Assembly (NCBI RefSeq): GCF_003019035.1
Contig: NZ_CP027447.1
Direction: 5' to 3' (one strand)
DNA from: Escherichia coli
GTDB lineage: Bacteria > Pseudomonadota > Gammaproteobacteria > Enterobacterales > Enterobacteriaceae
Length of the DNA stretch: 64,000 nucleotides
Shown here: piece by piece, positions 1 to 10,328 of the stretch
Position numbering within the stretch: the stretch's first letter is position 1
Layout: the number at the start of each line of letters is the position of its first letter
Notes under the pieces: generated by a model
The model's input: the letters and a program-made list of their open reading frames with translations, nothing else
Database searches by the model: none
Told to the model about the DNA's origin: nothing
Translations under genes and position numbers: made by a program

Positions 1-1100
1 AAGTGGTTGCGGCGGTGGAAGCGCAGTTGAAAAAGCTGTCGCACACCTGCTTCCAGGTGCTGGCTTACGAACCGTATCTGGAGCTGTGCGAGATTATGAA
101 TCAGAAGGTGCCGGGAGATTTCGCCAAAAAAACGCTGCTGGTAACGACCGGTTCTGAAGCGGTGGAGAACGCGGTGAAAATCGCCCGCGCCGCCACCAAA
201 CGCAGCGGGACCATCGCCTTTAGCGGTGCATATCACGGGCGTACGCACTACACGCTGGCGCTGACCGGCAAGGTAAATCCGTACTCTGCGGGTATGGGGC
301 TGATGCCAGGCCATGTTTATCGCGCGCTTTATCCTTGCCCGCTGCACGGCATCAGTGAAGATGACGCTATCGCCAGCATCCACCGGATCTTCAAAAATGA
401 CGCCGCGCCGGAAGATATCGCAGCCATCGTGATTGAGCCCGTTCAGGGCGAAGGCGGTTTCTACGCCGCGACGCCAGCCTTTATGCAGCGTTTACGCGCT
501 CTGTGTGACGAGCACGGGATCATGCTGATTGCCGATGAAGTGCAGAGCGGCGCGGGGCGTACCGGCACGCTGTTTGCGATGGAGCAGATGGGCGTTGCGC
601 CGGATCTTACCACCTTTGCGAAATCGATCGCGGGCGGCTTCCCGCTGGCGGGCGTCACCGGGCGCGCGGAAGTGATGGATGCCGTCGCTCCAGGCGGTCT
701 GGGCGGCACCTATGCCGGTAACCCGATTGCCTGCGTAGCGGCGCTGGAAGTGTTGAAGGTGTTCGAGCGGGAAAATCTGCTGCAGAAAGCCAACGTTCTG
801 GGGCAGAAGCTGAAAGACGGATTGCTGGCGATCGCCGAAAAACACCCGGAGATCGGCGACGTACGCGGGCTGGGGGCGATGATCGCCATCGAGCTGTTTG
901 AAGATAGCGATCCCAGCAAACCGGACGCAAAACTCACCGCCGAGATCGTGGCACGCGCCCGCGATAAGGGTCTGATTCTTCTCTCCTGCGGCCCGTATTA
1001 CAACGTGCTGCGCATCCTTGTACCGCTCACCATTGAAGACGCTCAGATCCGTCAGGGTCTGGAGATCATCAGCCAGTGTTTTGCTGAGGCGAAGCTGTAG
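1..1100 (+). CDS. gabT: 4-aminobutyrate aminotransferase, 5' partial (gene starts upstream of window)
   Basis: ORF track 3..1100; class-III PLP aminotransferase-like sequence; immediately upstream of gabP and csiR as in the gab operon. Confidence 0.9.
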   Translation, partial: VVAAVEAQLKKLSHTCFQVLAYEPYLELCEIMNQKVPGDFAKKTLLVTTGSEAVENAVKIARAATKRSGTIAFSGAYHGRTHYTLALTGKVNPYSAGMGLMPGHVYRALYPCPLHGISEDDAIASIHRIFKNDAAPEDIAAIVIEPVQGEGGFYAATPAFMQRLRALCDEHGIMLIADEVQSGAGRTGTLFAMEQMGVAPDLTTFAKSIAGGFPLAGVTGRAEVMDAVAPGGLGGTYAGNPIACVAALEVLKVFERENLLQKANVLGQKLKDGLLAIAEKHPEIGDVRGLGAMIAIELFEDSDPSKPDAKLTAEIVARARDKGLILLSCGPYYNVLRILVPLTIEDAQIRQGLEIISQCFAEAKL

Positions 1101-1109
1101 CACCGCACC

Positions 1110-1256
1110 ATGCCGGAGGCGACGCTTTGCGGCTTGTCCGGCCTACGAGAATCCAGGTCGGATAAGGCGTTTACGCCGCATCCGACAATCTGTACGTGAA
1201 CAGGAATAAATCTATGTCGGCCGGATAAGGCGGAGCCGCTCTCCGGCAAAAAGAAC
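1110..1256. repeat. REP/BIME cluster in gabT-gabP intergenic
   Basis: Several GCCGGATAAGGCG/CGCATCCG-type palindromic units visible in the sequence. Confidence 0.6.
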
Positions 1257-1336
1257 CAATAACAATTAAACGCGTGACCCGACGCGGGAAATGTCGGGGC
1301 GCTCTCCCAAGTGACACACTTTCGAGAGGATTCAGG

Positions 1337-2737
1337 ATGGGGCAATCATCGCAACCACATGAGTTAGGCGGCGGGCTGAAGTCACGCCACGTCACCATGT
1401 TGTCTATTGCCGGTGTTATCGGCGCAAGTCTGTTTGTCGGTTCCAGCGTCGCCATCGCCGAAGCGGGCCCGGCGGTATTACTGGCCTATCTGTTCGCCGG
1501 ATTACTGGTGGTTATGATTATGCGGATGTTGGCGGAAATGGCGGTTGCCACGCCCGATACCGGTTCGTTTTCCACCTATGCCGATAAAGCCATTGGCCGT
1601 TGGGCGGGCTATACCATCGGCTGGTTGTACTGGTGGTTTTGGGTACTGGTTATCCCACTGGAAGCCAACATCGCCGCCATGATCCTGCACTCGTGGGTTC
1701 CAGGCATTCCCATCTGGTTATTTTCCCTGGTCATTACCCTCGCCTTGACTGGCAGTAATTTATTAAGCGTTAAAAACTACGGCGAATTTGAGTTCTGGCT
1801 GGCGCTGTGCAAAGTCATCGCTATCCTGGCCTTTATTTTCCTTGGTGCAGTCGCAATTAGCGGTTTTTACCCTTATGCCGAAGTGAGCGGGATCTCAAGA
1901 TTGTGGGATAGCGGCGGCTTTATGCCCAACGGCTTCGGTGCGGTATTAAGCGCGATGTTGATCACCATGTTCTCGTTTATGGGCGCAGAAATTGTCACTA
2001 TTGCCGCCGCGGAATCTGACACGCCGGAAAAACATATTGTCCGCGCCACCAACTCGGTTATCTGGCGTATTTCTATCTTCTATTTGTGCTCTATTTTTGT
2101 CGTCGTGGCATTAATACCGTGGAATATGCCGGGGCTGAAAGCCGTTGGATCTTATCGCTCGGTTCTGGAGTTGCTCAATATTCCCCATGCGAAATTAATC
2201 ATGGACTGCGTGATATTACTTTCCGTAACCAGTTGCCTGAACTCGGCGCTGTATACCGCTTCCAGAATGCTCTACTCCTTAAGCCGTCGCGGTGATGCGC
2301 CCGCGGTAATGGGTAAAATCAACCGCAGTAAAACCCCGTATGTGGCGGTATTACTCTCCACCGGCGCGGCATTTTTAACGGTGGTGGTGAATTATTACGC
2401 GCCTGCGAAAGTGTTTAAATTTCTGATCGACAGCTCCGGTGCTATCGCCCTGCTGGTTTATTTAGTCATCGCCGTTTCACAATTGCGGATGCGCAAAATT
2501 CTGCGAGCAGAAGGAAGCGAAATTCGCCTGCGGATGTGGCTTTATCCGTGGCTCACCTGGCTGGTCATCGGCTTTATTACCTTTGTGTTGGTAGTGATGC
2601 TATTCCGCCCGGCGCAACAGTTAGAAGTGATCTCCACCGGCTTATTAGCGATAGGGATTATCTGTACCGTGCCAATTATGGCTCGCTGGAAAAAGCTGAT
2701 AATGTGGCAAAAAACACCCATTCATAATACGCGCTGA
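1337..2737 (+). CDS. gabP: GABA permease (APC family)
   Basis: ORF 1274..2737; start trimmed to ATG 1337 (MGQSSQPHE...), giving 466 aa; multi-TM amino acid permease. Confidence 0.9.
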   Translation: MGQSSQPHELGGGLKSRHVTMLSIAGVIGASLFVGSSVAIAEAGPAVLLAYLFAGLLVVMIMRMLAEMAVATPDTGSFSTYADKAIGRWAGYTIGWLYWWFWVLVIPLEANIAAMILHSWVPGIPIWLFSLVITLALTGSNLLSVKNYGEFEFWLALCKVIAILAFIFLGAVAISGFYPYAEVSGISRLWDSGGFMPNGFGAVLSAMLITMFSFMGAEIVTIAAAESDTPEKHIVRATNSVIWRISIFYLCSIFVVVALIPWNMPGLKAVGSYRSVLELLNIPHAKLIMDCVILLSVTSCLNSALYTASRMLYSLSRRGDAPAVMGKINRSKTPYVAVLLSTGAAFLTVVVNYYAPAKVFKFLIDSSGAIALLVYLVIAVSQLRMRKILRAEGSEIRLRMWLYPWLTWLVIGFITFVLVVMLFRPAQQLEVISTGLLAIGIICTVPIMARWKKLIMWQKTPIHNTR

Positions 2738-2757
2738 TAATGATCAGGAGTCACACC

Positions 2758-3420
2758 ATGACCATTACCTCTCTGGATGGCTATCGCTGGCTGAAGAACG
2801 ATATTATTCGCGGCAATTTTCAGCCGGATGAAAAATTACGGATGAGTTTGCTGACATCGCGTTATGCACTTGGCGTTGGGCCGTTGCGGGAAGCGCTTTC
2901 GCAACTGGTGGCAGAACGACTGGTCACGGTGGTGAATCAAAAAGGGTATCGGGTGGCGTCTATGTCAGAGCAAGAGCTGCTCGATATTTTCGATGCCCGC
3001 GCCAATATGGAAGCGATGTTGGTGAATCTGGCGATTGCCCGCGGTGGCGATGAATGGGAGGCAGACGTTCTTGCGAAGGCGCATCTGCTCAGTAAGCTGG
3101 AGGCCTGTGACGCCAGTGAGAAAATGCTTGATGAGTGGGATCTTCGTCATCAGGCGTTTCATACTGCAATTGTGGCGGGCTGTGGTTCTCACTATTTGCT
3201 GCAAATGCGTGAACGGTTGTTTGATCTGGCGGCGCGCTATCGATTTATCTGGCTGCGGCGAACAGTGCTTTCGGTGGAAATGCTGGAGGATAAACACGAT
3301 CAGCACCAGACCCTGACTGCGGCGGTACTGGCGCGAGATACCGCGCGCGCCAGTGAGTTAATGCGCCAGCATTTACTGACGCCAATTCCCATTATCCAGC
3401 AGGCGATGGCTGGCAATTAA
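2758..3420 (+). CDS. csiR: GntR-family transcriptional repressor CsiR
   Basis: ORF 2740..3420; start at ATG 2758 (MTITSLDGYRW...), 220 aa; position after gabP. Confidence 0.85.
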   Translation: MTITSLDGYRWLKNDIIRGNFQPDEKLRMSLLTSRYALGVGPLREALSQLVAERLVTVVNQKGYRVASMSEQELLDIFDARANMEAMLVNLAIARGGDEWEADVLAKAHLLSKLEACDASEKMLDEWDLRHQAFHTAIVAGCGSHYLLQMRERLFDLAARYRFIWLRRTVLSVEMLEDKHDQHQTLTAAVLARDTARASELMRQHLLTPIPIIQQAMAGN

Positions 3421-3870
3421 CTACTCTTCAGGAATACGCAACACTTGCCCCGGGTAAATTTTATCCGGGCTTTTTAGCATCGGTTTATTCGCTTCGAAGA
3501 TTTTATTGTACAGATTGGCGTTACCGTAGACCTGTTTGGAAATGGCACTCAGAGTGTCGCCAGACTTAACGGTATAAAACTGGCTGGCAGTGGCTGGTGT
3601 CGTCGTTTTCACCTGATCATCGACACTGGCAATACCGGAAATATTCCCCACCGCAACAAGGATTTTCTCCTTCGCCTCCTGACTCAGGCCGTCACCCGTG
3701 ACCGTCGCTTTGCCGTCGGCAATTTGAATATTCACTTTATCGGCATCAGGTATACCGGTTTTGTTCAGATGCTCCTGCACCTTCTTCGCCTGATCGTCTT
3801 TATCGTGCAGACCTGTAACCGCGTCCCAGAGTTTTTCTCCGGCATCTTTCACAAAATTGAACAGACCCAT
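3421..3870 (-). CDS. ygaU: BON/LysM domain protein
   Basis: ORF 3421..3897; start trimmed to [13 protein letters not shown] (149 aa); LysM-like C-terminus. Confidence 0.85.
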   Translation of the reverse strand: MGLFNFVKDAGEKLWDAVTGLHDKDDQAKKVQEHLNKTGIPDADKVNIQIADGKATVTGDGLSQEAKEKILVAVGNISGIASVDDQVKTTTPATASQFYTVKSGDTLSAISKQVYGNANLYNKIFEANKPMLKSPDKIYPGQVLRIPEE

Positions 3871-3953
3871 AGCTACCTCATTCGTTAACGGAAACACTCA
3901 GAAAGTGTAGCAGAGGAACGCGGCGCGTTAACGCCGCGGGGGTGAACACAGAT

Positions 3954-4112
3954 TTAATCGCGGGTTTGCACCCAAAACGCGTGAATCAAACCGGGGATAT
4001 ACCCAAGCAGTGTCAGCAGAATATTAATAATGAACGCCCAACCGAACCCTTTACCGAGCAGCACGCCGAGCGGCGGCAGAATGATGGTGATGACGATTCT
4101 CCAGAAACCCAT
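3954..4112 (-). CDS. yqaE: small UPF0057-family membrane protein (52 aa)
   Basis: Hand translation of minus strand: MGFWRIVITIILPPLGVLLGKGFGWAFIINILLTLLGYIPGLIHAFWVQTRD; below the 60-aa cutoff of the ORF track. Confidence 0.8.
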   Translation of the reverse strand: MGFWRIVITIILPPLGVLLGKGFGWAFIINILLTLLGYIPGLIHAFWVQTRD

Positions 4113-4294
4113 ATGTACTCCCTATAAGAAAATTACTCATTGTTTAAAAAGAGATTTTATCTCTTAAGCGTAGTAATTTTAGCGGAGCCTGCCAGTTTCA
4201 GCTTACGCTTTTACTCTCATTTACGCTGCTGAGGCTGGTATATGTTGCATTTTTAGTTTAGAGTTTGCTTAATTTAGAAAATACTTAAATAACT

Positions 4295-4594
4295 ATGACT
4301 GAACTCGCGCAATTACAGGCCAGTGCCGAACAGGCAGCGGCCTTATTGAAAGCAATGAGCCACCCTAAACGGTTGCTGATTCTGTGCATGCTTAGCGGTT
4401 CCCCCGGCACCAGCGCGGGAGAGCTGACTCGCATTACCGGACTGAGTGCCTCTGCGACATCACAGCATCTCGCTCGTATGCGGGACGAAGGGCTTATCGA
4501 CAGCCAACGGGATGCCCAACGCATTCTATATTCCATTAAAAATGAGGCGGTAAATGCCATTATCGCCACCCTGAAAAATGTCTATTGTCCGTAA
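4295..4594 (+). CDS. ygaV: ArsR-family transcriptional regulator
   Basis: 99-aa ORF with ArsR-like HTH; position before ygaP. Confidence 0.85.
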   Translation: MTELAQLQASAEQAAALLKAMSHPKRLLILCMLSGSPGTSAGELTRITGLSASATSQHLARMRDEGLIDSQRDAQRILYSIKNEAVNAIIATLKNVYCP

Positions 4595-4603
4595 GGAGTC
4601 ACT

Positions 4604-5128
4604 ATGGCTTTGACAACCATTTCGCCGCATGATGCACAAGAATTAATCGCACGCGGCGCAAAGTTAATCGATATTCGTGACGCTGATGAATATCTTCGTG
4701 AACATATTCCTGAAGCAGATCTGGCTCCATTATCCGTACTGGAACAGTCAGGTCTTCCGCCTAAATTACGTCGCGAGCAAATTATATTCCACTGCCAGGC
4801 AGGTAAACGCACCAGTAATAACGCCGATAAATTAGCAGCGATTGCCGCCCCCGCAGAAATCTTTTTACTCGAAGATGGGATTGATGGCTGGAAAAAAGCA
4901 GGATTACCAGTAGCGGTAAATAAATCTCAACCCTTGCCGTTAATGCGCCAGGTGCAGATCGCTGCGGGTGGTTTAATATTAATCGGCGTTATACTGGGTT
5001 ATACCGTAAATAGCGGTTTCTTCTTATTAAGCGGCTTTGTTGGTGCCGGGTTACTGTTTGCAGGAATTAGCGGTTTTTGTGGGATGGCAAGGTTGTTAGA
5101 TAAGATGCCGTGGAACCAACGAGCTTGA
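4604..5128 (+). CDS. ygaP: membrane-anchored rhodanese-domain protein
   Basis: 174-aa ORF; rhodanese-like N-terminus with CQAGKR active-site loop and hydrophobic C-terminal helices. Confidence 0.85.
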   Translation: MALTTISPHDAQELIARGAKLIDIRDADEYLREHIPEADLAPLSVLEQSGLPPKLRREQIIFHCQAGKRTSNNADKLAAIAAPAEIFLLEDGIDGWKKAGLPVAVNKSQPLPLMRQVQIAAGGLILIGVILGYTVNSGFFLLSGFVGAGLLFAGISGFCGMARLLDKMPWNQRA

Positions 5129-5174
5129 GAAGAGACGCCGGACGCGCCATAGCGGCGGCATCCGGCCTCAGTAA

Positions 5175-5579
5175 TTAGATCAGGAAATCGTCGAGAGATT
5201 TACCTTCTGCCAGCGCCTGAGCGATTGGCTTCGGTGTACGGCCCTGACCGGTCCAGGTTTTAGTTTCACCGTTAACATCGGTGAATTTATATTTCGCCGG
5301 ACGCGGCTGGCGTTTTTTACCAGCGCGTGGGGCAGCCGCAGAGTTATTACCCAATAACTCTTCCGGGTTAATTCCGTCAGCTTTCATCAGCTCCAGCCAG
5401 GTGCTAATTTTTTCCTGGCGCTCTGCCAGCTCACGCTGCTGCTGTTCTTCTTCTTCACGTCTTTCTTTAGTGACAACCCTGAATTTTTCGAGCATTTCTT
5501 CAAGAACGTCAATGGAGAATTCGCGAGCCATCGCACGGAGAGTGCGAATGTTATTTAAACTTTGTAACATTACGGACAT
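5175..5579 (-). CDS. stpA: H-NS paralog StpA
   Basis: 134 aa; H-NS family sequence ([21 protein letters not shown]... [10 protein letters not shown]). Confidence 0.95.
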   Translation of the reverse strand: MSVMLQSLNNIRTLRAMAREFSIDVLEEMLEKFRVVTKERREEEEQQQRELAERQEKISTWLELMKADGINPEELLGNNSAAAPRAGKKRQPRPAKYKFTDVNGETKTWTGQGRTPKPIAQALAEGKSLDDFLI

Positions 5580-6245
5580 AATAAAGAAAACCTTTTAACG
5601 CCAAAACAAAAAAGTATTTCGTCGCGTAGTGTAAGCGATCACTTATTATATTTCCACAAAATTTAATCTATTTACAGTCCTGCACGAGATTATTTCAGCT
5701 GTTATTTTCTGAAACTCTCAGAATAATTTCAAGATTATATATTAGCCATTTTGATGAGTAATTTCGGTTATTGGTGAACAGAGCGGCGCTCTCTGCTCGC
5801 TAATTCCGCAAGCCTGACAAAACCAAAGTGAATAAAAATGCAACTCAACAGAATAAAAGAAAACATCACTCACTGGTGCTTTCTGCTGTCAATGTACGTT
5901 ATCTGGCATAAAAAATGCTGAAAATGACCCGGTCACGACATACACCGAATTCTCTACGCTTATAGCGTTACCTCCCCCCAAACCTTCATGAGTGAAAATA
6001 AAGGTAAACACATATCCAATTGATTTAATTAAAAATAAATCATATCGGCATGTAAAAATCCACAATGTACAAAAAACGCGCCGTTACGGAATATTTTATC
6101 TACAAAAACAGATTAAATAAAAATTTTTCACTAATTGATTAGTCATAGCCAGCGATATACGCTATGCGAAAATGCAGATGGCAATGAGATCCACTGCTTT
6201 CACCTCCATTAACATCCCATTACGCTTTTATTAAGGAGCATTAGC
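5580..6245. promoter_or_regulatory. AT-rich divergent regulatory region between stpA and alaE
   Basis: About 660 bp of strongly AT-rich non-coding DNA between two divergent genes; curved, H-NS-type target composition. Confidence 0.4.
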
Positions 6246-6695
6246 ATGTTCTCACCGCAGTCACGCTTGCGTCATGCAGTTGCAGATACGTTCGCGATGG
6301 TTGTTTACTGTTCTGTCGTGAACATGTGTATTGAAGTTTTCCTCTCCGGAATGAGCTTCGAACAGTCTTTTTATTCCAGATTGGTAGCGATTCCGGTGAA
6401 CATCTTAATTGCATGGCCATACGGTATGTACCGCGATCTGTTTATGCGCGCAGCACGCAAAGTTAGCCCGTCGGGCTGGATAAAAAATCTGGCGGATATC
6501 ATGGCTTATGTGACGTTCCAGTCACCGGTGTATGTGGCGATCTTGTTAGTGGTGGGCGCAGACTGGCATCAGATTATGGCGGCAGTCAGTTCAAACATCG
6601 TTGTTTCGATGTTGATGGGGGCGGTTTATGGCTACTTCCTCGATTATTGCCGCCGACTGTTTAAAGTCAGCCGTTACCAGCAGGTAAAAGCCTGA
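6246..6695 (+). CDS. alaE: L-alanine exporter
   Basis: 149-aa membrane protein ORF; position between stpA and ygaC. Confidence 0.85.
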   Translation: MFSPQSRLRHAVADTFAMVVYCSVVNMCIEVFLSGMSFEQSFYSRLVAIPVNILIAWPYGMYRDLFMRAARKVSPSGWIKNLADIMAYVTFQSPVYVAILLVVGADWHQIMAAVSSNIVVSMLMGAVYGYFLDYCRRLFKVSRYQQVKA

Positions 6696-6731
6696 CCCTT
6701 CTTTTCGCGACTGGCATCGCCAGTCGCGTCT

Positions 6732-7076
6732 TTAACTGGCTTCGCCAAATAAACCATTCAAATAACGTTCAAGCGCAACACGCGAACTAAAGCCATGTGG
6801 GATACCGTAATGCTCATGACGTTCACCCGCTAAATAGAGCGGAAATTGCTGGTAATGATCGCAAGTTTTAATATCGGAAGCGGGTTCAGCCAGTGTTGAA
6901 CTACGTTCTTTTAATGTTGGATGAATCACCAGGGCGGTACGTCCCATTCGCGCTTCGCGATTAACATAGACATAATTTTCCCCACGGCGGTAACCATACG
7001 CTTTCTGGGTTACCACATCGACAGTAAAACCGACTTTTTCAAGTACGCGCGCCACCTCGTCTGGTCGTAAATACAT
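6732..7076 (-). CDS. ygaC: DUF2002-family protein
   Basis: 114-aa ORF in conserved position. Confidence 0.8.
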
Positions 7077-7227
7077 ATTTGATCCTCGTTATTATCAACC
7101 GCGGGCCTACCTTACCTGATTGCGCATTCACAACGCTTTCAGAAAAGTCCATAAAGCCGCGATGAACCTCAGTTAAGAAAATTATGGTCTACACTGAAAA
7201 TTACATCGAATTCTAATGGGGGATCAT

Positions 7228-7557
7228 ATGTTTAACCGACCGAACCGCAACGACGTTGATGATGGCGTGCAGGATATCCAGAATGATGTCAATCAATTAG
7301 CTGACAGTCTCGAATCTGTATTGAAGTCCTGGGGCAGCGACGCCAAAGGGGAAGCCGAAGCCGCTCGTAGTAAAGCGCAGGCTCTACTGAAAGAAACCAG
7401 GGCGCGGATGCATGGTCGTACTCGCGTCCAGCAAGCCGCGCGCGATGCCGTTGGCTGCGCGGATTCTTTTGTTCGTGAAAGACCCTGGTGTAGTGTGGGT
7501 ACAGCGGCAGCGGTGGGTATTTTTATCGGCGCACTGTTAAGCATGCGCAAATCGTAG
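7228..7557 (+). CDS. ygaM: ElaB/YgaM-family membrane-anchored protein (DUF883)
   Basis: ORF 7216..7557; start at MFNRPNRND (109 aa); C-terminal TM helix. Confidence 0.85.
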   Translation: MFNRPNRNDVDDGVQDIQNDVNQLADSLESVLKSWGSDAKGEAEAARSKAQALLKETRARMHGRTRVQQAARDAVGCADSFVRERPWCSVGTAAAVGIFIGALLSMRKS

Positions 7558-7587
7558 TGCAAAAATGATAATAAATACGCGTCTTTG

Positions 7588-7616
7588 ACCCCGAAGCCTG
7601 GCTTCGGGGTTTTTTA
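7588..7616. terminator. bidirectional intrinsic terminator between ygaM and the MocR-type gene
   Basis: ACCCCGAAGC-CTGG-CTTCGGGGT stem-loop followed by TTTTTT. Confidence 0.75.
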
Positions 7617-8948
7617 GCTTAAGGCTTTACGTAATTGTTGTGCTACCTGTCGCGCCATACCTTCGTTAACGATATTAGTAAACGAAAGCAGTAATCCACC
7701 TTCCCCACTTGAACGGATACGCCAGTCGCTAAGTGCCTGCACCGCAAGGCCTGCAGCATTGGCTTTACGCGCATGGGCAATATCATCGCCTATCATTCTG
7801 ATCACCATCTGGATACCACCTTTCTGCGGCACAACCTGAAATCCTTGCTGCGTCAACGCTTGCTCAATCCATTGCCGACGTTGAGCATAATGCTGACGCA
7901 TTTTCTTCAGATGCCGCCAGAAATGCCCCTCGCGAAGAAAGTCTGCCAGTGTGTTCTGCCATAGAACAGGTACCGCACATGGAGCCAGTGACGCCTGGTG
8001 GCGGAATTGTGCAATTTGCTTCACCGGCACCACCAGCCACGCACAGCGCAATGCAGGAAATAGCGCTTTGCTGAATGTTCCGGCATAAATTACCCGCTGC
8101 GGTGCGTCGAGACTTTTCAACGCCGGTAACGGCTTACCGTGATAGCGAAACTCACTGTCATAATCATCTTCAATAATCCATGCCTGACTACGATCTGCCC
8201 ATTCCAGTATCTGATGCCTGCGCGCTAAAGAGAGCGCCACACCCAGCGGACTTTGGTGTGCTGGTGTTATCAGGGCAAAACGCGCATCAGGATAATTTTG
8301 TATTCCGCTTGTGATATCCAGTCCATTGTCATCAACCGGCACAGGCAAAATTTCCACATCATGGCGAGTGACAATCGGGCGAATCAGTGGAAAGCCGGGA
8401 TCTTCTATCCACATCCCGTTTCCCGGTTTCGCCAGCGCGTGCAGAATTAAAGCTATTGAGGCCGCATAACCGTGAGTGATAAAGACCTGCTCTGGCTGAC
8501 AATCAATCCCACGTGAAACGCGTAAGTAATCAACTATTGCCTCGCGCAACGCCACCTCACCGCAAACATCGCCTAACGCCAAATCAAAGCGCGTCTGGGT
8601 ACGAAGGCGACGCCCCATCACCCGCGCCCACAGCTCTCGCGGAAAGAGATCGAGTGCGGGTAATCCCATTTGAAATGGCAACGGTTGCTGACTTTCACCG
8701 GCAAAAGCTACAACTTGTACAGTAGATTGTTGCGGATATATCCGCTCACTGACAAATGTGCCAGCCTGTCCCCGCCTGATCAGCCATCCTTGCGCCACCA
8801 GCTCAGCATACGCATTTTCGACAGTGGAACGAGACACCCCCAGCTCCTGCGACCAGGTACGACTTGAAGGCAGCCTTGCGCCGGGTTTCAGTTCCCCTTG
8901 CTCAATAGCCGTTTTTAACTGACGGGCGATATCCTGATAGCGCGGCAT
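7614..8948 (-). CDS. MocR/GabR-type regulator (GntR HTH fused to PLP aminotransferase-like domain)
   Basis: 444-aa ORF; N-terminal GntR-type HTH (MPRYQDIARQLKTAIEQGELKPGARLPSSRTWSQELGVSRSTVENAY), long aminotransferase-fold C-terminus. Confidence 0.75.
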   Translation of the reverse strand: MPRYQDIARQLKTAIEQGELKPGARLPSSRTWSQELGVSRSTVENAYAELVAQGWLIRRGQAGTFVSERIYPQQSTVQVVAFAGESQQPLPFQMGLPALDLFPRELWARVMGRRLRTQTRFDLALGDVCGEVALREAIVDYLRVSRGIDCQPEQVFITHGYAASIALILHALAKPGNGMWIEDPGFPLIRPIVTRHDVEILPVPVDDNGLDITSGIQNYPDARFALITPAHQSPLGVALSLARRHQILEWADRSQAWIIEDDYDSEFRYHGKPLPALKSLDAPQRVIYAGTFSKALFPALRCAWLVVPVKQIAQFRHQASLAPCAVPVLWQNTLADFLREGHFWRHLKKMRQHYAQRRQWIEQALTQQGFQVVPQKGGIQMVIRMIGDDIAHARKANAAGLAVQALSDWRIRSSGEGGLLLSFTNIVNEGMARQVAQQLRKALS

Positions 8949-9035
8949 ATGGTCTGCTTTTTTAGGTAATTTATGGCTCTCTTTAGCAGTCCATTATAGT
9001 GCTACATTGCGGGCGTTAATAAGAGGAGAAACTGT

Positions 9036-9467
9036 ATGACTACATTACGTCAGCCTTACTACGAACTTAGCCCGGCAGTGTATAACGCACTAGTGCAGGC
9101 CAAAACGGCACTGGAAAATAGCACGCTGGATACCACGTTGATGGAGTTAGTTTATTTGCGCGTCTCGCAAATCAACGGCTGCGCATTTTGTCTGGAGATG
9201 CACAGCAAAGCATTGCGCAAATCCGGCGTGCCACAGCACAAACTGGACGCCCTGGCAGGTTGGCGCGTAAGCCATCATTTTGATGAACGCGAGCGGGCGG
9301 CGCTGGCATGGGCGGAATCGGTAACCGAAATTGCCAGAACCCATGCGGAAGACGAGGTTTATCAGCCTTTGCTTGAGCATTTCAGCGCAGCAGAGATCAG
9401 CGACTTAACGTTTGCCATCGGGCTGATGAATTGTTTTAACCGTCTGGCCGTTTCCATGCGGATGTAA
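9036..9467 (+). CDS. carboxymuconolactone decarboxylase (AhpD-like) family protein
   Basis: 143-aa ORF with CAFCLEMH motif typical of the CMD/AhpD core; divergent from the MocR-type regulator. Confidence 0.65.
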   Translation: MTTLRQPYYELSPAVYNALVQAKTALENSTLDTTLMELVYLRVSQINGCAFCLEMHSKALRKSGVPQHKLDALAGWRVSHHFDERERAALAWAESVTEIARTHAEDEVYQPLLEHFSAAEISDLTFAIGLMNCFNRLAVSMRM

Positions 9468-9675
9468 CTTCTTGATGCCGGGTATTCGCCCGGCAAAAAA
9501 ACACAAAATCCCCTACCCCGTTGAGCCATTCATCGGTGGCGTAACCAATCTAAAATTCCCATATCTTGTGTGGTTGAATCTTTTTTCAACTACATCTAGT
9601 ATCTCTGTATCAACAGAGAGACAACCCGACGCGTATCATCGCGCCGTATCTTCATTTTAAACGGAAATACGAATC

Positions 9676-9921
9676 ATGCGCATTACTATTTACACTCGTA
9701 ACGATTGCGTTCAGTGCCACGCCACCAAACGGGCGATGGAAAACCGGGGCTTTGATTTTGAAATGATTAATGTCGATCGCGTTCCTGAAGCGGCAGAAAC
9801 GCTGCGTGCTCAGGGCTTTCGTCAGTTGCCGGTTGTGATTGCAGGCGATCTTAGCTGGTCTGGTTTCCGCCCGGACATGATCAATCGTCTGCATCCAGCG
9901 CCACACGCGGCCAGTGCATGA
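9676..9921 (+). CDS. nrdH: glutaredoxin-like protein NrdH
   Basis: 81 aa with CVQC redox motif; first gene of nrdHIEF. Confidence 0.95.
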
Positions 9922-10328
9922 GCCAGCTCGTCTACTTTTCCAGCAGCTCCGAAAATACGCAGCGTTTTATCGAACGTTTAGGGCTGCCCGCGGTGCGCAT
10001 CCCGCTCAATGAGCGGGAACGGATTCAGGTAGACGAGCCTTACATCCTGATCGTGCCCTCTTACGGCGGCGGCGGTACGGCTGGCGCGGTGCCACGACAG
10101 GTCATTCGCTTTTTAAACGACGAGCATAACCGGGCGTTGCTGCGCGGCGTTATTGCTTCGGGTAATCGCAACTTTGGTGAGGCATATGGCCGCGCCGGAG
10201 ATGTGATTGCCCGGAAATGCGGCGTGCCGTGGCTGTACCGCTTTGAACTCATGGGTACGCAAAGCGATATCGAAAACGTTCGTAAAGGAGTAACCGAATT
10301 TTGGCAACGACAACCGCAGAACGCCTGA
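9918..10328 (+). CDS. nrdI: flavodoxin-like protein NrdI
   Basis: 136 aa; 4-bp overlap with nrdH; operon position. Confidence 0.95.

Noticed and set aside
3942-4127. 61-aa plus-strand ORF in the ORF track
   Set aside because: It is antisense to the hand-translated 52-aa yqaE membrane protein, which fits far better; the plus-strand product is low-complexity and charged.
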